This document shows positions 22,544 to 34,100 of a DNA stretch of 64,000 nucleotides, one piece after another. The notes beneath the pieces were generated by a model. The model was not told the origin of the DNA and did not search any database. It saw only the letters and a list, made by a program, of their open reading frames with translations. Source of the stretch: Mantamonas sphyraenae STR306 (Eukaryota; Protista; CRuMs); NCBI GenBank assembly GCA_026936335.1, contig JAPMXV010000063.1:1-64000 (forward strand). The letters run 5' to 3'. The position numbers and the translations under genes were made by a program. Every line of letters begins with the position of its first letter. Position 1 is the stretch's first letter.

Positions 22544-24283
22544 ATGGCCGACTCCGACCCACAAAACCAACTGGCCATCCACCAACTCCAACGCGATCAT
22601 GAGATCGAGCGTGACGCCATGCAGCGAGAAATCGATGCCCTCAAGGAACAGCTGCAGCGTGCAGAGGAACACGTTGCCCTCGTCGAAAACGAGAATCGAG
22701 GCTTGCAGAAAATGGCCGCCGAAGCCATCACCGGCGCAAACACACGCCAGGCCGATCTCCAACGCCAACTCGCAGACAAGGACCGTATGGTAGCCACTCT
22801 CACCGCACAACTCAAGGCCATGCAGGAGCAGGCCGACTCCAAGGTGCAGGCCGAGGTTGAAGTCGAACGCACCCAGCAACAGGCCCTCCTCGAGTCCCAA
22901 TCCAGCGAGGACGACCACGCACGCATGGAGAAGCTGCTTACCGACGAGTTGGAAGCCAGCAAGGCCAAGATGCGCACCCTCAAGGAGTATGTGCGCAAAA
23001 TACGCGCCGACAACCAAGTGCTCGTCGACAAACATTCGGCCCTCAGCGCAAAGTTGCAGCTCCTGAAGCAGGAGTACCACAAAGTGGTGCAGGAGAGGGA
23101 CGAAGCACGTGCCACCGCCCAGGCAACACACACGCAACTGGAAGACAGTCAGCAAACCAATGCCACCCTCACCACAGACCTCAACGACGCCAACGCAAAG
23201 CTCGCTGCCTCCCACAAGGCCAACGATCTGTTGCAGAGCGACAGGCAGACTCTCGCCTCCAAACTGGGCGACGCTGCCACCGAAATCCAACGGCTCAACA
23301 AAGACCTGGACGCTCTGCGCTTGCGCGAGAAGGATCTCGAAAAGGCCCTGGCCGAGGTCACCGTCCGCTTCAACACCATGATGATGGATCAGGCCAAACA
23401 GCAACAGCAGCAGCAGCAGCAGAAGAAGAAACAGTCGAATGGCACGGATACCGACGACGCCGAACAATCGCAGGAACAGGTGCTGCGCGACGTGTTTGCC
23501 TTGCCAGACTCGGATCACCTCGAGCACTACGTTCGCTGCGAACACTCCTCCTCCTCCTACCTGCCCTACAACGGCACTCTGTACATCACCACCAACCACC
23601 TCTGCTTCTACGCTCCCTCTCTCACAGGCATGCTGGCAGAGGTCAAGCTCACCTGGGCCTGGTCCGACATTGCCATCGTCGGCAAGACCAGCAAGGGATG
23701 GGGCTTCATGAGCAACTGTGTCGAACTCCAACTCCACAACGGATCTGTCGAATACTTTTCCTGGTTTGCAGACATCGACGACGTCATCCAACGCCTTGCC
23801 GAACACGTCCACGCTGCCGCCGCCTCTTCCTCCTCCTCCACCTCCTCCTCCTCCGCCACCATCAATGACACAGACTCTGTGGGTTCCCACGCTTCCGACG
23901 ACGGCGAACACAATGTCCTCTATGCCAAGGAACCCAACATCGACGTCCACGCCGTCTTTGACCTGCCAACCAGCGAAAGCGTACAACACCGCGTCCCCAA
24001 CGTCCAACTCCATCGCAATGGTGACGTTGTCCCAGGTACCCTCTTCATCACAAATGCCCATGCTTGCTTCCTCGCCTCTGGATCGGAACTCATCCTCAGC
24101 AAGATTGCCCTTTCCGACGTCCAACACGTCCACAAGCGCTCCACCTCCTCCTTCTCCTGGACAGGCGATGCCATCGAACTCACCACTCCCAACCGCTCCA
24201 TGTTTATCCAACTCACCGATCGCGACAGCGTCTGGCGTGTCCTCCGCGACGCCGTCGACAAATGGCAAGCCGAAGCCCAATGA
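22544..24283 (+). CDS. Coiled-coil protein with two C-terminal GRAM domains
   Basis: Heptad-rich N-terminal half; twice FxLPxSE...GTL[YF]IT.NH.CF (GRAM signature). Confidence 0.85.
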   Translation: MADSDPQNQLAIHQLQRDHEIERDAMQREIDALKEQLQRAEEHVALVENENRGLQKMAAEAITGANTRQADLQRQLADKDRMVATLTAQLKAMQEQADSKVQAEVEVERTQQQALLESQSSEDDHARMEKLLTDELEASKAKMRTLKEYVRKIRADNQVLVDKHSALSAKLQLLKQEYHKVVQERDEARATAQATHTQLEDSQQTNATLTTDLNDANAKLAASHKANDLLQSDRQTLASKLGDAATEIQRLNKDLDALRLREKDLEKALAEVTVRFNTMMMDQAKQQQQQQQQKKKQSNGTDTDDAEQSQEQVLRDVFALPDSDHLEHYVRCEHSSSSYLPYNGTLYITTNHLCFYAPSLTGMLAEVKLTWAWSDIAIVGKTSKGWGFMSNCVELQLHNGSVEYFSWFADIDDVIQRLAEHVHAAAASSSSSTSSSSATINDTDSVGSHASDDGEHNVLYAKEPNIDVHAVFDLPTSESVQHRVPNVQLHRNGDVVPGTLFITNAHACFLASGSELILSKIALSDVQHVHKRSTSSFSWTGDAIELTTPNRSMFIQLTDRDSVWRVLRDAVDKWQAEAQ

Positions 24284-24303
24284 ACACTGCAACTCACCAA
24301 CGT

Positions 24304-26811
24304 CTATTCCACCTGCCGCCCTGCACTCGCTGCTGTCGGCATGCTCAGCCGTGTCACCATCTCTTGTCTTTCTCGCGGTGTCAACACCTTTGGCAGTTCC
24401 GCCGTTTCCTTGTACGGCGTCCCTACATCCACTTCCACCACCCGCTTTCCTCTCCTCTTCCCTTTCCCCTTTGTCTTCCTGCCCTTTCCCTTTTTCTTTC
24501 GCTGCACAGCCCACCGACAGTGAGGATCCTGCATGGCGTCGTACTCCGCACGCAATGGTGTCCCATCCTCGGCCGGTGCATGCCACTTCGGCTTCTCCAG
24601 CCGCGTCAGCTTGGCTTCCCGTTGTGCCACAGCCTCCAGCTCCTCCTGCAGCTCCGCCAGTCCGTGTTCCACTTCCATCGCCATGTCCTGCCATTCCCGC
24701 TCCGCACACGCCTCCAACCGCTCTTCCATGCTCCACATGGCCACCTCCTCCATGGCCGCGTGTACCTCTTCACCCACGTCCTCTGCATCCATCCACACCT
24801 GCACACTGGGGTTGTAGAACTGCATCAGCTCCAACACCATCTCCCCACAGCCATCATCAAGCGTCGGATTGTTCCGCAGGTCCACCACTGTCACCGTGCG
24901 CTGATGACGCAAACAGCGACACAGCGCACGCACGCTCCTCCGCGTGAGCGTCACGTTGTGTCTCAAATCCACGTGATGCAGCATCACATGGTTCGGCACA
25001 AGCTCTTCAAACAGCCACCGGATCCCGCGTGTCCCCACTGCGTTGTCTGCCAACACCAACCGCTCAATCCGATCCCATCCCACCGTTTGCAACTCCACCA
25101 GCGCCTCGGCGTTCACTCCCATGTTGCTCACGTCCAGCACGCCGTCAAAGCTTGATCCGTTGGCACGGTGCACACGCTCGTGGAACCTCTCGTCCAACGG
25201 CACCTTCCCTGTGCGCATCAAATGGTCTTTGTGGTTTTGCTCTCTGTGCGGATCCTCATTCAAGCCTCGGATCCGCTGCAACGTCTCTGCAGAAATCCCA
25301 TCGTTCCCCTCCAACGACACGTGCACCCACGGATTCCCGTGGTGCAACACGTCCACGAAAGCGTGTGCCCCCTCCTCGCCAATCACATTGTCGTCAAGGT
25401 TCAACACACGCAGCTTCTTGTTCTCCAGAAGCATCTCGGCGAGGTAGCCAGCTCCAGCATCGCCGATCCCGTTTCCTGCCAGGTTCAACTCTTCCACGTA
25501 CGTCACTCCACGCAAAGATTGCGCCACTGTCCACGCTGCATCGTCTTCCAGATGCTCGACGTCGTTCCAATGCAACACCGGCTGCACATGCAACGAATAC
25601 TCCCCACCCGCCTCTTCGTCCTTCTCCGCCGCCATGTGTTTGCAAAACATCACAATCGACTCAAACCGCCGTTGTGTCGCACTCATGGCCGTCACTTCGT
25701 TCAGGCGTCGCTGCACACCCTTGTTCAGCCGTGGCCACACTCGTGGATGCGTGCACGTCTCAAACAACGCATCGTCCTTTCTGTTCTCTGCCATCCCACT
25801 GGCACTGTCCACACGCACCTCAATGTGTGCATTCAGTGCCAACAGCCCCTGCACAGCCTTCAGCACCCTGTTTGTCACAGCCTCCAAGTGCTGCAGGTCA
25901 ATCCACTTGATCCGCAGGTCTTCATGCAATGCTTCCAGCACTGCCACCACGCCGTCCTCCGTCACCAGAGGCAATCGGGACAGCACAATCGCACCAATGT
26001 TGCTTGGACGGTACCGTTCGATGTGACGAGCCAGCCCACGCAGACCTTCGTCCGTCACCGCATTCCCCTGCAGATCCAGCGTGTACCCACCCCCCACCTT
26101 GCTTTCGTCTCCCCCGTGCTTCTCCAACGCCGCCGCATGCTTCACACGTGCCCCATGCAAAGCACGCAACATTCGTGCGTCGTCCAGGCCCAGATTGCCC
26201 AACTCCTGCACGTACGCCACTTCCCCTGCCTCCAATGCCTCCTCCAAAGCCTGCCACTCCTCTGCATCCACCATGTCACGTCCGTTGCGGATTCCCTTTT
26301 CCATGTACAAACGCACACGCCGAGCTCTGTCTTCAGTGGCCTCCTGCAGCGCCTTGCGTGCTTCAGGCGTCACGAATTTGCATCCACTCAGACTGAACTC
26401 CACGTCTGGGTTGTCCACAGTGACCACGGTGCAGAGCAGGTTCACCTGTTCGTCGTGGATGCGAGTGTGGTTCAGGTTCACCTGTCGAATGGCTCTGTTC
26501 TTGCGCAGCAGGAGCTGCAGTAGAAACGCGCTGTGGCGTCCCACCCCTGTGCGTGACAAATCCAGAGCATTCACATAACCACACGTTCCCACCAGCAAAT
26601 TCACAAGCATGCCCAGTGCGTGGTCGTCCACGTAGCTCTGACCTCGCAGATCCACCGCAAACCCGCTCAACTCCAGCAAGCCGTTGGGCTTCGCCTCTTT
26701 TGGGTACGCGTGCAGTTCCTCCAACACCAATTCCAGTCGGCTCTTTTCCCTTTCAAACATCCCAGCCGTGCGTCTCCGATCCCCTTCCCGCTGGCTTCCT
26801 GCACTGCTCAT
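24304..26811 (-). CDS. RI-type leucine-rich repeat protein with several LRR clusters
   Basis: LDLSRTGVG, LDLQGNAVTDEG, LNLAGNGIGDAGAGYLAEML and LNLDDNVIGEEGA repeats. ATG at 26811 chosen to avoid overlap with the divergent gene. Confidence 0.8.
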   Translation of the reverse strand: MSSAGSQREGDRRRTAGMFEREKSRLELVLEELHAYPKEAKPNGLLELSGFAVDLRGQSYVDDHALGMLVNLLVGTCGYVNALDLSRTGVGRHSAFLLQLLLRKNRAIRQVNLNHTRIHDEQVNLLCTVVTVDNPDVEFSLSGCKFVTPEARKALQEATEDRARRVRLYMEKGIRNGRDMVDAEEWQALEEALEAGEVAYVQELGNLGLDDARMLRALHGARVKHAAALEKHGGDESKVGGGYTLDLQGNAVTDEGLRGLARHIERYRPSNIGAIVLSRLPLVTEDGVVAVLEALHEDLRIKWIDLQHLEAVTNRVLKAVQGLLALNAHIEVRVDSASGMAENRKDDALFETCTHPRVWPRLNKGVQRRLNEVTAMSATQRRFESIVMFCKHMAAEKDEEAGGEYSLHVQPVLHWNDVEHLEDDAAWTVAQSLRGVTYVEELNLAGNGIGDAGAGYLAEMLLENKKLRVLNLDDNVIGEEGAHAFVDVLHHGNPWVHVSLEGNDGISAETLQRIRGLNEDPHREQNHKDHLMRTGKVPLDERFHERVHRANGSSFDGVLDVSNMGVNAEALVELQTVGWDRIERLVLADNAVGTRGIRWLFEELVPNHVMLHHVDLRHNVTLTRRSVRALCRCLRHQRTVTVVDLRNNPTLDDGCGEMVLELMQFYNPSVQVWMDAEDVGEEVHAAMEEVAMWSMEERLEACAEREWQDMAMEVEHGLAELQEELEAVAQREAKLTRLEKPKWHAPAEDGTPLRAEYDAMQDPHCRWAVQRKKKGKGRKTKGKGKRRGKRVVEVDVGTPYKETAELPKVLTPRERQEMVTRLSMPTAASAGRQVE

Positions 26812-26896
26812 TGTGGCGGAAGCAACCTTGTTCTGCATGCCCGCGCGCACCAAACCTTTTTCTCCCTCCTGCTCGTCTCGACCCGTTGCACAGACC

Positions 26897-29800
26897 ATGA
26901 GTGAGGACTCCGCTGAAGGCAGTATGGGCATGGAATCCCAGTCGGATGCCCAAGTACAGTACGAGCAAGACTCGGCCTCAAACACCAACAATGCTTCCAG
27001 TCGCCGTTCCGCAAGCAACCGCGTCGCCCCTCAGCAGCAACAACCTGCCAACCAGACCTCCGACAATTCCAACGAAGCGCTCATGGTTGCTGCCGGTGCC
27101 GCTGCCGGTGCCGCCTTTGCCGCTGCCATGGCTGAGGAGGAGCAAAACAACCGCGAAGAAGCCGACGAGGAACCCGCCGAAACAAATGCTTCCGCCGCCA
27201 CCGCCAAACCCGCCGCCAAGGATGACGTCACCATTGTGCCCATTGGACCCGTGGGTGCGGTCGAAGAAGCCAAGTAAGTGCCTGGGACCATGCCCCTATC
27301 CCCCCTTTGCCCCTTCAACTCCACCCTCCACCATGTGTCCGCCTCCAGCCCCGGAAAAACCGTTTCCTGACATCATCCACCGCGCCACCGGGTGTCGACC
27401 CAAAGACCGCCCATCAAACTGGCCGATTTGAGCAAACTCAAGGTTGGGATGGGACAGCGACGACGCAGGTACACGCGTGTGGCCACCCTTGTGCTTGTGC
27501 TCGGCCTGCTGCTTGCCGTCTGGTTGCTGGTCGGCCTGCTCTCCTTCTTCCCTCTCGTGGCCAAGTACAGTGGCACGCTGGTCATTGTGCCCACCGGGTG
27601 TGATGTCACCGTGCAAAAGGGCGATGCCAACACGGTCAGCATGGTTGGCCTGCGATCTCGTGGCGTCAGCTTTGACCTGCAGTTCAAGGCCAATCCCGCC
27701 GACGAGTTGAAGAACCTGATTGCCAAGAACCCTGACTGTGTCAACATGCCGCGACAGAGCTGTCGTCACGCGTGCCACATTGTGGTCAATGTCAAGGCTG
27801 GCACAAACCCAGACATCCAAGTGTTGCAACCCAGCAGCGACGAGGCTCCCGTGCTCAAGGTGGTGCTCAACAAGGGGGTCACTGTGGGTGACCTGCGCCT
27901 TCGTGGTCCTTCCGTGGAGTTTGAAGCTGCAGAGGCCACTGTCACCGGTGCCATCAGTGCCTGGCTCAACGCAGGACGCATCTACCTCACCGACGTCGTC
28001 TACGGCAGCGCAGACCTGCGCTCCACACGCAACTCGGTCACCGTCGTCGACACTGTGCGTCGCAATGTCACCGATCGCATCACCTATCGCAACACCGAAC
28101 ATCGTGTCTGTGTGCGTGCCGAAGGCGAGGGCCGCACCACTCCCGATCCCGATCCCTGGAGCGAATGCCCCTTCACCAACAGCTTCTACACCACACGTGC
28201 CATCTCCCTCTACGACACCAACAGGGACTTTCGCGTAGATCAGAACGAGTTCCTCGAAGGCGTGGCCAAGCTGCCCCGTTGCTGCGGCTCCTTCTGTCCC
28301 TTGCGATCGCTGTGTGGCGGCCTGGCTGCCGATGTGTTTCCCGTAGACACGTCGTCCACTGCTCGTCAGGGCATCCTCAGTGACGCCCAGTTCCTCAACA
28401 ACATCAAAGCCACCAACGACACCGCACTCATGCCTCTGTGCTTGCGCAGACTTACCACCGCCCCCACGGCCACCTCGGCCACCCAATCCTCGCGCAACCT
28501 CAAGATCATTGCCGATGGTGAGGTGCGTGTGGTGCGACCCATGCCCACGGGCAACACAGAGGCGGTGGCGCACGACTGGGCCCCCGGAGGCGCCATCCCA
28601 GGCCTCAAGCTCCTCCAGCAGGACGCCAACCGCCTTATGGAGCTGCGTGACAAGTACGGTCCTCTGGAATCCATCGAACACATCTACGTGGTCATGGATG
28701 TGCAGGCCAGCTACGGCGTTCCTGCGGGACGCTGGGTGTGGAGCACACGCGAGGTGTACATGAACCTGGATCCGGTGCATCTGCAGGCCCTCAGTGCAGG
28801 CATGCTTGTGCCCCAAACCCTCTATCTCAAGGTACGCTTCACCAACGGCTATTGCGAGGATTTCCCTCGTCTGCTTTCCAACGCCACCGCCGAGGAGACC
28901 CAGGCCTACCTCGATGCACGCCGCATCGAACAGTACACCGCCCTGCGTGACGCCCTCACGCCCCGTGGCCAGTTTTTCACGCGTGGTGTCATTGCCTACC
29001 TGCAGAGCAACCACACGCCCAGTGATCCTGCAAAGAAGATGTTTGTGCAAGACTTTGGCACGGGCGAGGTGATCATGACGGACCTCAAGGTGGGCGACCT
29101 GCAATTGACACGCATTGTCGTCTACCTCTCGCTGGGCATCGGCGGTCTGTTTGGACTGCTTGTCACCATCAGCTTCTTCATGTGCACGCGTGCACGCATG
29201 ATGCAGCTGCAGCGAGCCGCCGAGGTGAAGGAGAAGTTGGACATGCTCGAGGCTGGCATCGACCCCAAGGACGTGGACATCGATCCCGAACAGGTGGCCA
29301 AGACTCGCAGTGCCCTCTCCAACCCCTTTGTGTACCCGTTCCAGGTCATTGAGCTGTTCATCATCACTCCCCTGCGCCAGCGCATCGTCAACTCGCTCGT
29401 GCAGTTTGTCACCCAGCGCTGTGTGGTCCTCGACGCCCTCGAGCGTCGCGAGACACACAACCAGCACGTGCAGCTCGACATGGATGTGTTTGAGGCCGCC
29501 TACTCCCAGTTCTGCTACCAACAGGGGCTCACTCCCGTGGTCGGATCAGCCAACATCTCGTCCACCCTCATCAAGGAGTACGATCTCCGTGTGCGTCAGA
29601 CCAACCATCGCATGCTGCGTGGTGCACGCTGGGCGGCCGGTGAGGCTCCCTCCCAAGAGGAGGTCATGCGTCACAGCGCCGGTCTCACCCATCTGGCCGA
29701 GGAAGACACCCTGACACTGCTGAGGGAGTTCAACGACCGTTGGGTGGAACTGACTCTGAATCACAGCGATTCCATCGAGTTCAAAGGGGGCCGTCTTCGC

Positions 29801-31186
29801 TTCGAAGGAGGCCTGCGCAAGGACGACAAGGCCCACGGCCAGGCCGTCAAGGTGCGTGGCTACCGCGAGGTGTTTCAGGACTTTTGCAACGGCTTTGATC
29901 GCATCACTCCGGAGATCACAAACGAACAGCTGGCCCACTTGGGCATCAAGGTCACCAACCAAAAGGTGCGCATGATCCGTGGCCTGCGTCTCCGTGAAGT
30001 CGGCCAGGGCGAGCGCATCGACCTCAACGCAAGCTGGTACGTGCTGCAGATGATTTCCGTCATCGTGCACATGGCCATCCTCTTCCTCGTCCCGCTGCTC
30101 ATGATCAACGTGGCCCTCAGCCTCCAGTTCCTGTATGTCAACACCACAGGTCAGGGCGACACATTCACGTCGTTCGATCTCATGCAATTCCCACCCAACG
30201 TGGCTGGCAAGGACATCCTCGTCGAAACCGAAATCATCAGCCTTGTGTCGCTGGTCATGCTTGGTTTGGCCCTGCTGCGTCTCATGACCGAGTATCTGCA
30301 GCTCAACCCTGGTCAGGGTGGCATTGTGACCAAAGCCATCAACTATGCCTACGGGGCCGTGCTTCTGCTTGTGTTTTACGTCATCACGGCGTATGTGTGC
30401 GTGTTTGGCACGTGGATGCTGCTTGCCGCCCTGCTGGATCCCACCAACTTTCTGCCGCAAGGTGCAGCCGTTATGGCAGTCATTGTGCTGGGCAGCCTCA
30501 CCTACAAGAAACTCAAGGCGGCAGCACAGCTGGTGCGCAAAAAGTTCAAGGAGGCCATGAGTGCGTTTGTGAAAAAGACGCTGGACACGACCAAGAAGCT
30601 GATGGACGAGACCACCAAGGCCAGCAACGAGGTGGGCAGTGCACGTGCGGCCGATCAGGACGCCGTCAAGACCACGAGTGTGGAGGAGAGTGCACAGGAG
30701 ACCGACTTGGGCGATCTCTTCCAGATGCTCAACTTGGATGGCGACGAGAACCTGGACTACGAAGAGTTCTGCATGCTGTTTGACAAGCTGGGCTTCAACG
30801 TCAGCGACCTCAAGAAGGCGCAGATGTTTGCCTTTGCCGACAAGGATGGCAGTGGAGAGATCAGTGTGGGTGAGTTTGAATCCGCCTGGGAATACTTGGA
30901 GGAAGAAATGATGGAGGCTGCCATGGAGGGGCTGGGTCTGACCGATGCAGCAATCAGCTTCATTGTGGCCAGCCTGGTCAGCATGACGGTCCTCGTCTTT
31001 ATCTTCCTCTTCCTCGCCCTGGCCATCTGGACCAACGGTGGCTCCTTTGAGGCCGTGATCCAGACCATGCTTGTCAGTGGCACTGGTTTCGCCATGAGCG
31101 TGGCTCGTGGCCAGAGCCTTGGCGAAAGCATGTCCGACGAAGAGCTCGACGGCGCCGTCAAGGACAACGTGGCCACGCTGGGATGA
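26897..31186 (+). CDS. Large polytopic membrane protein with an extracellular domain, EF-hands and putative winged-helix repeats; exons 26897-27273 and 27406-31186
   Basis: Intron GTAAGT...CTGAC...AAAG; N-terminal TM; EF-hand loops DTNRDFRVDQNE, NLDGDENLDYEE and DKDGSGEISVGE; about 9 hydrophobic helices. Confidence 0.8.
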
Positions 31187-34100
31187 AGATCCAAGACGGT
31201 GATGGCGTGGTGCGAATACATGGCGTATTTCTGTTTTCATTGGAAAGCGTTGGTGTGTGTGTGTGTTGTTTGTGTGCTTGTGTGGTGCGCACATGGCGAA
31301 GAGCGACAGCGGTGGAGTGATGATCGGATATCGGCATTGTGTGTCGGTGGTGTCGGAGGGGAGGGAGAAGCATGTAACGGTGGCATTGCAAAGGATTAGG
31401 GGTTCTTTCCGGTCACATTTCACTCAGTTCCATATCATCCAGCCCCTCACGTCTGCTGTTCTTCCTTTGCCTGTTCTTTGCCCGGGTGACTACCGAACTG
31501 TGCTCATGCTCATCCAAACCTCTGACGAGCCAACCCAACCACTCGTCGTCCTCGTCGTCCGAAACCACTACATCTGCCGCTACTGCGCCCTGCCATGCAG
31601 GTGTCACCACCTTTAACACCGCACGCACCACATCCTGCCTTGTGCTTCCGCTCCCTGCACGGATCCTCATCACCTCTTTGCCGAGTGTGTTCACTTGATC
31701 AACAGACAGATCGTACAGTGCCTCCCGTGCAGCGTTCAAGTGGTCGGCATGCAACAGCCCATTCAGATGCTGCAACGAGCCTTCCACCGCTTCCTGAAGC
31801 TCCTTTGAGTACATGCGGTCAAGTTTGTGCGTTTTCACCTCTCGCCACACGTCCACTGCAGCGAAAACAATGCCAATGACGAGAATGGACACCGCCAACA
31901 CCACAGTGAGTGCCTCCCACCACTCATGACCTGATGTTTGTGTGCTCCCTGTCGCAAATAGCATCCCGGCCACAAGAAGCAGAACAGACTCGCACAGAAC
32001 CACGGTCTCCAGTCGGTTTTGCATGCTTGTGCGGTACGGCTGCTTGCCATATTGTACCATTGCCGCCACCCCAAGCACCAGAATGCCCACCATGGCTTGG
32101 ATGGTCGGTAGCGATGTCGCAAACACTTTCACACACACCACGGCCGCTTTGCGGAGCAGAACCATCGATTCGAACCAGTACATCTCTGGTGTAAACTTGC
32201 CAAAAATCGACGAGAAGCGTTGTACAAACGACTTCTGTGAGCGAGTCCGCACGTCGCGTCCGCTCCACATCACCGCCAGAAACAAGCACGGGATCCCAAG
32301 GACATACACAACTGCAAACACCCATGCTGCAGGGACGAGTCTGCTGTGAAGCCCCCCGTCTACCCAGCACTGCTCATTCGGTACTGCATCCATGACATAC
32401 ACACCATCGCCAATGTGTGTGCAGTCAAATACAGAGAGCACCCGGCTGCACAGCGTGATGTACAGAAAGCTCAGAGTCAGCATGATCTCGTTCATCAAAT
32501 ACCGGAACGTGTCCTGATCCACCACTTCAGCGCGTGTGAACAGCCCGGCAAACCTGTATCGCACAAGTTGCAGTGCAAAACCTATTGTCGAATCGCTGTC
32601 TGGCTCCGCACAGAGCCTCGGGTGGGCTGTCGAAAAAGCATATCCATGTGTGCGCACCCAAGAGCTGTGTACAAACTGGAGCACAACACGCAACACCAGA
32701 ACCACAGCCAGAAACGCGGGCAGCACCATGGCCAGCCAAAATTGCAGCTCATACGTCCACATATCGCCCAACGAGCACTCTGGCGCGGTGACACCCACTT
32801 CCAAGTTGCTCACTCCAAACACACTGTACACTTGCTGCACGGAACTGGGCCACTGCAAGCGAAACTCGGAGAACATGGACAGCACCTGCATGTGTGTTAC
32901 CAGAACACTACCCGTCTTGGCGAAACCAGTCACACGTGACCGTCGCACTGACGAGCGCACCCAGCCTACAAAGAGCACCAAGGCCACAATGAGCAGCAGC
33001 GCGTTGAGATTGCCAACTTGTGCTTCCTGGCATGATTCACAGCTCTTCCCAAGTCTGTAGAACCCATCCTCGCATTGACCACATAACAGACCAGTGTATC
33101 CCGCCCGGCAAGTGGAGTTCCCTCCACCCAGGCAGGCGGATAGAATTGGACATCGTGTGAAAACTAGCGACCCACCCTCGTTGCCACTTTGTGGTGGCAA
33201 AGAAACCCGGCTGGGGGACTGGTTGGACTCGTCCGCCTGCACAGTCGGCATTGGCAGGACAGGGAAGGCATGGCTCACTTGCAGGTTGGCCTGCAGGAAG
33301 GTAGAACCGAGCACGACACACACAGTCATCTACGCTTGTGCTGGCTGGCGAGGTTGGAACTGCGTTCTCCGGACACACCAGCGAAGGAGAACGCACAGAG
33401 AAGCTCACCGTCGCGTTGACACTTCCACTCCAGTGCTGGCCATCGTCCAACGACACTTCTACCCGATACAGGCCAACCGTGTGGTCTGCAGTGGACAAAA
33501 CCTCCAACTCCGAGTCCGAGACGATAGTGGGCGCAAACGTGCTTCCCATGCGAACCAGCATAGCGCCAGTGTCCACAAAACCACTCCCGCGGAGTTGCAC
33601 GCGTGTGGTGTCTCCGACAAGCTTGTTTGACGGCTGCACACTTGACACCCGTGGCTCATTCACGTACAAAAGGTCCAGGCCAAGCTGTTGGAACTGCTGC
33701 CCACCGTTCAGAGACACATACAGTGGGTACCGACCCGATTCACTTGAAGGCATCTCACACAGCAACTCGGAGGAGTTGGCGTGCAAACAGGTTGTACGGG
33801 GACCAGACAGTCCAACGCGCACAATGGCTTCTTTCGGGTCATCGAAGGAACCTCTCAGACGCACGGTGGTACCACCCGACGCGTAAGCACAAGCGGGCGT
33901 TGCACGCAACGCTGTCGGCAGAGAATACACCTTAAACAGGGTCGACGTCGCACTGAACGTCGACCCATTGTTCGTCGACACTGCCACGGCCACACTGCCC
34001 ACCATCAGACCGCTTGCAGGTGTTCTCACAACAATCTCACTCGCACTCATCACCTGTGTCACTCCACGCACATCCACCCCGCCAAACCGTACCACAGTCT

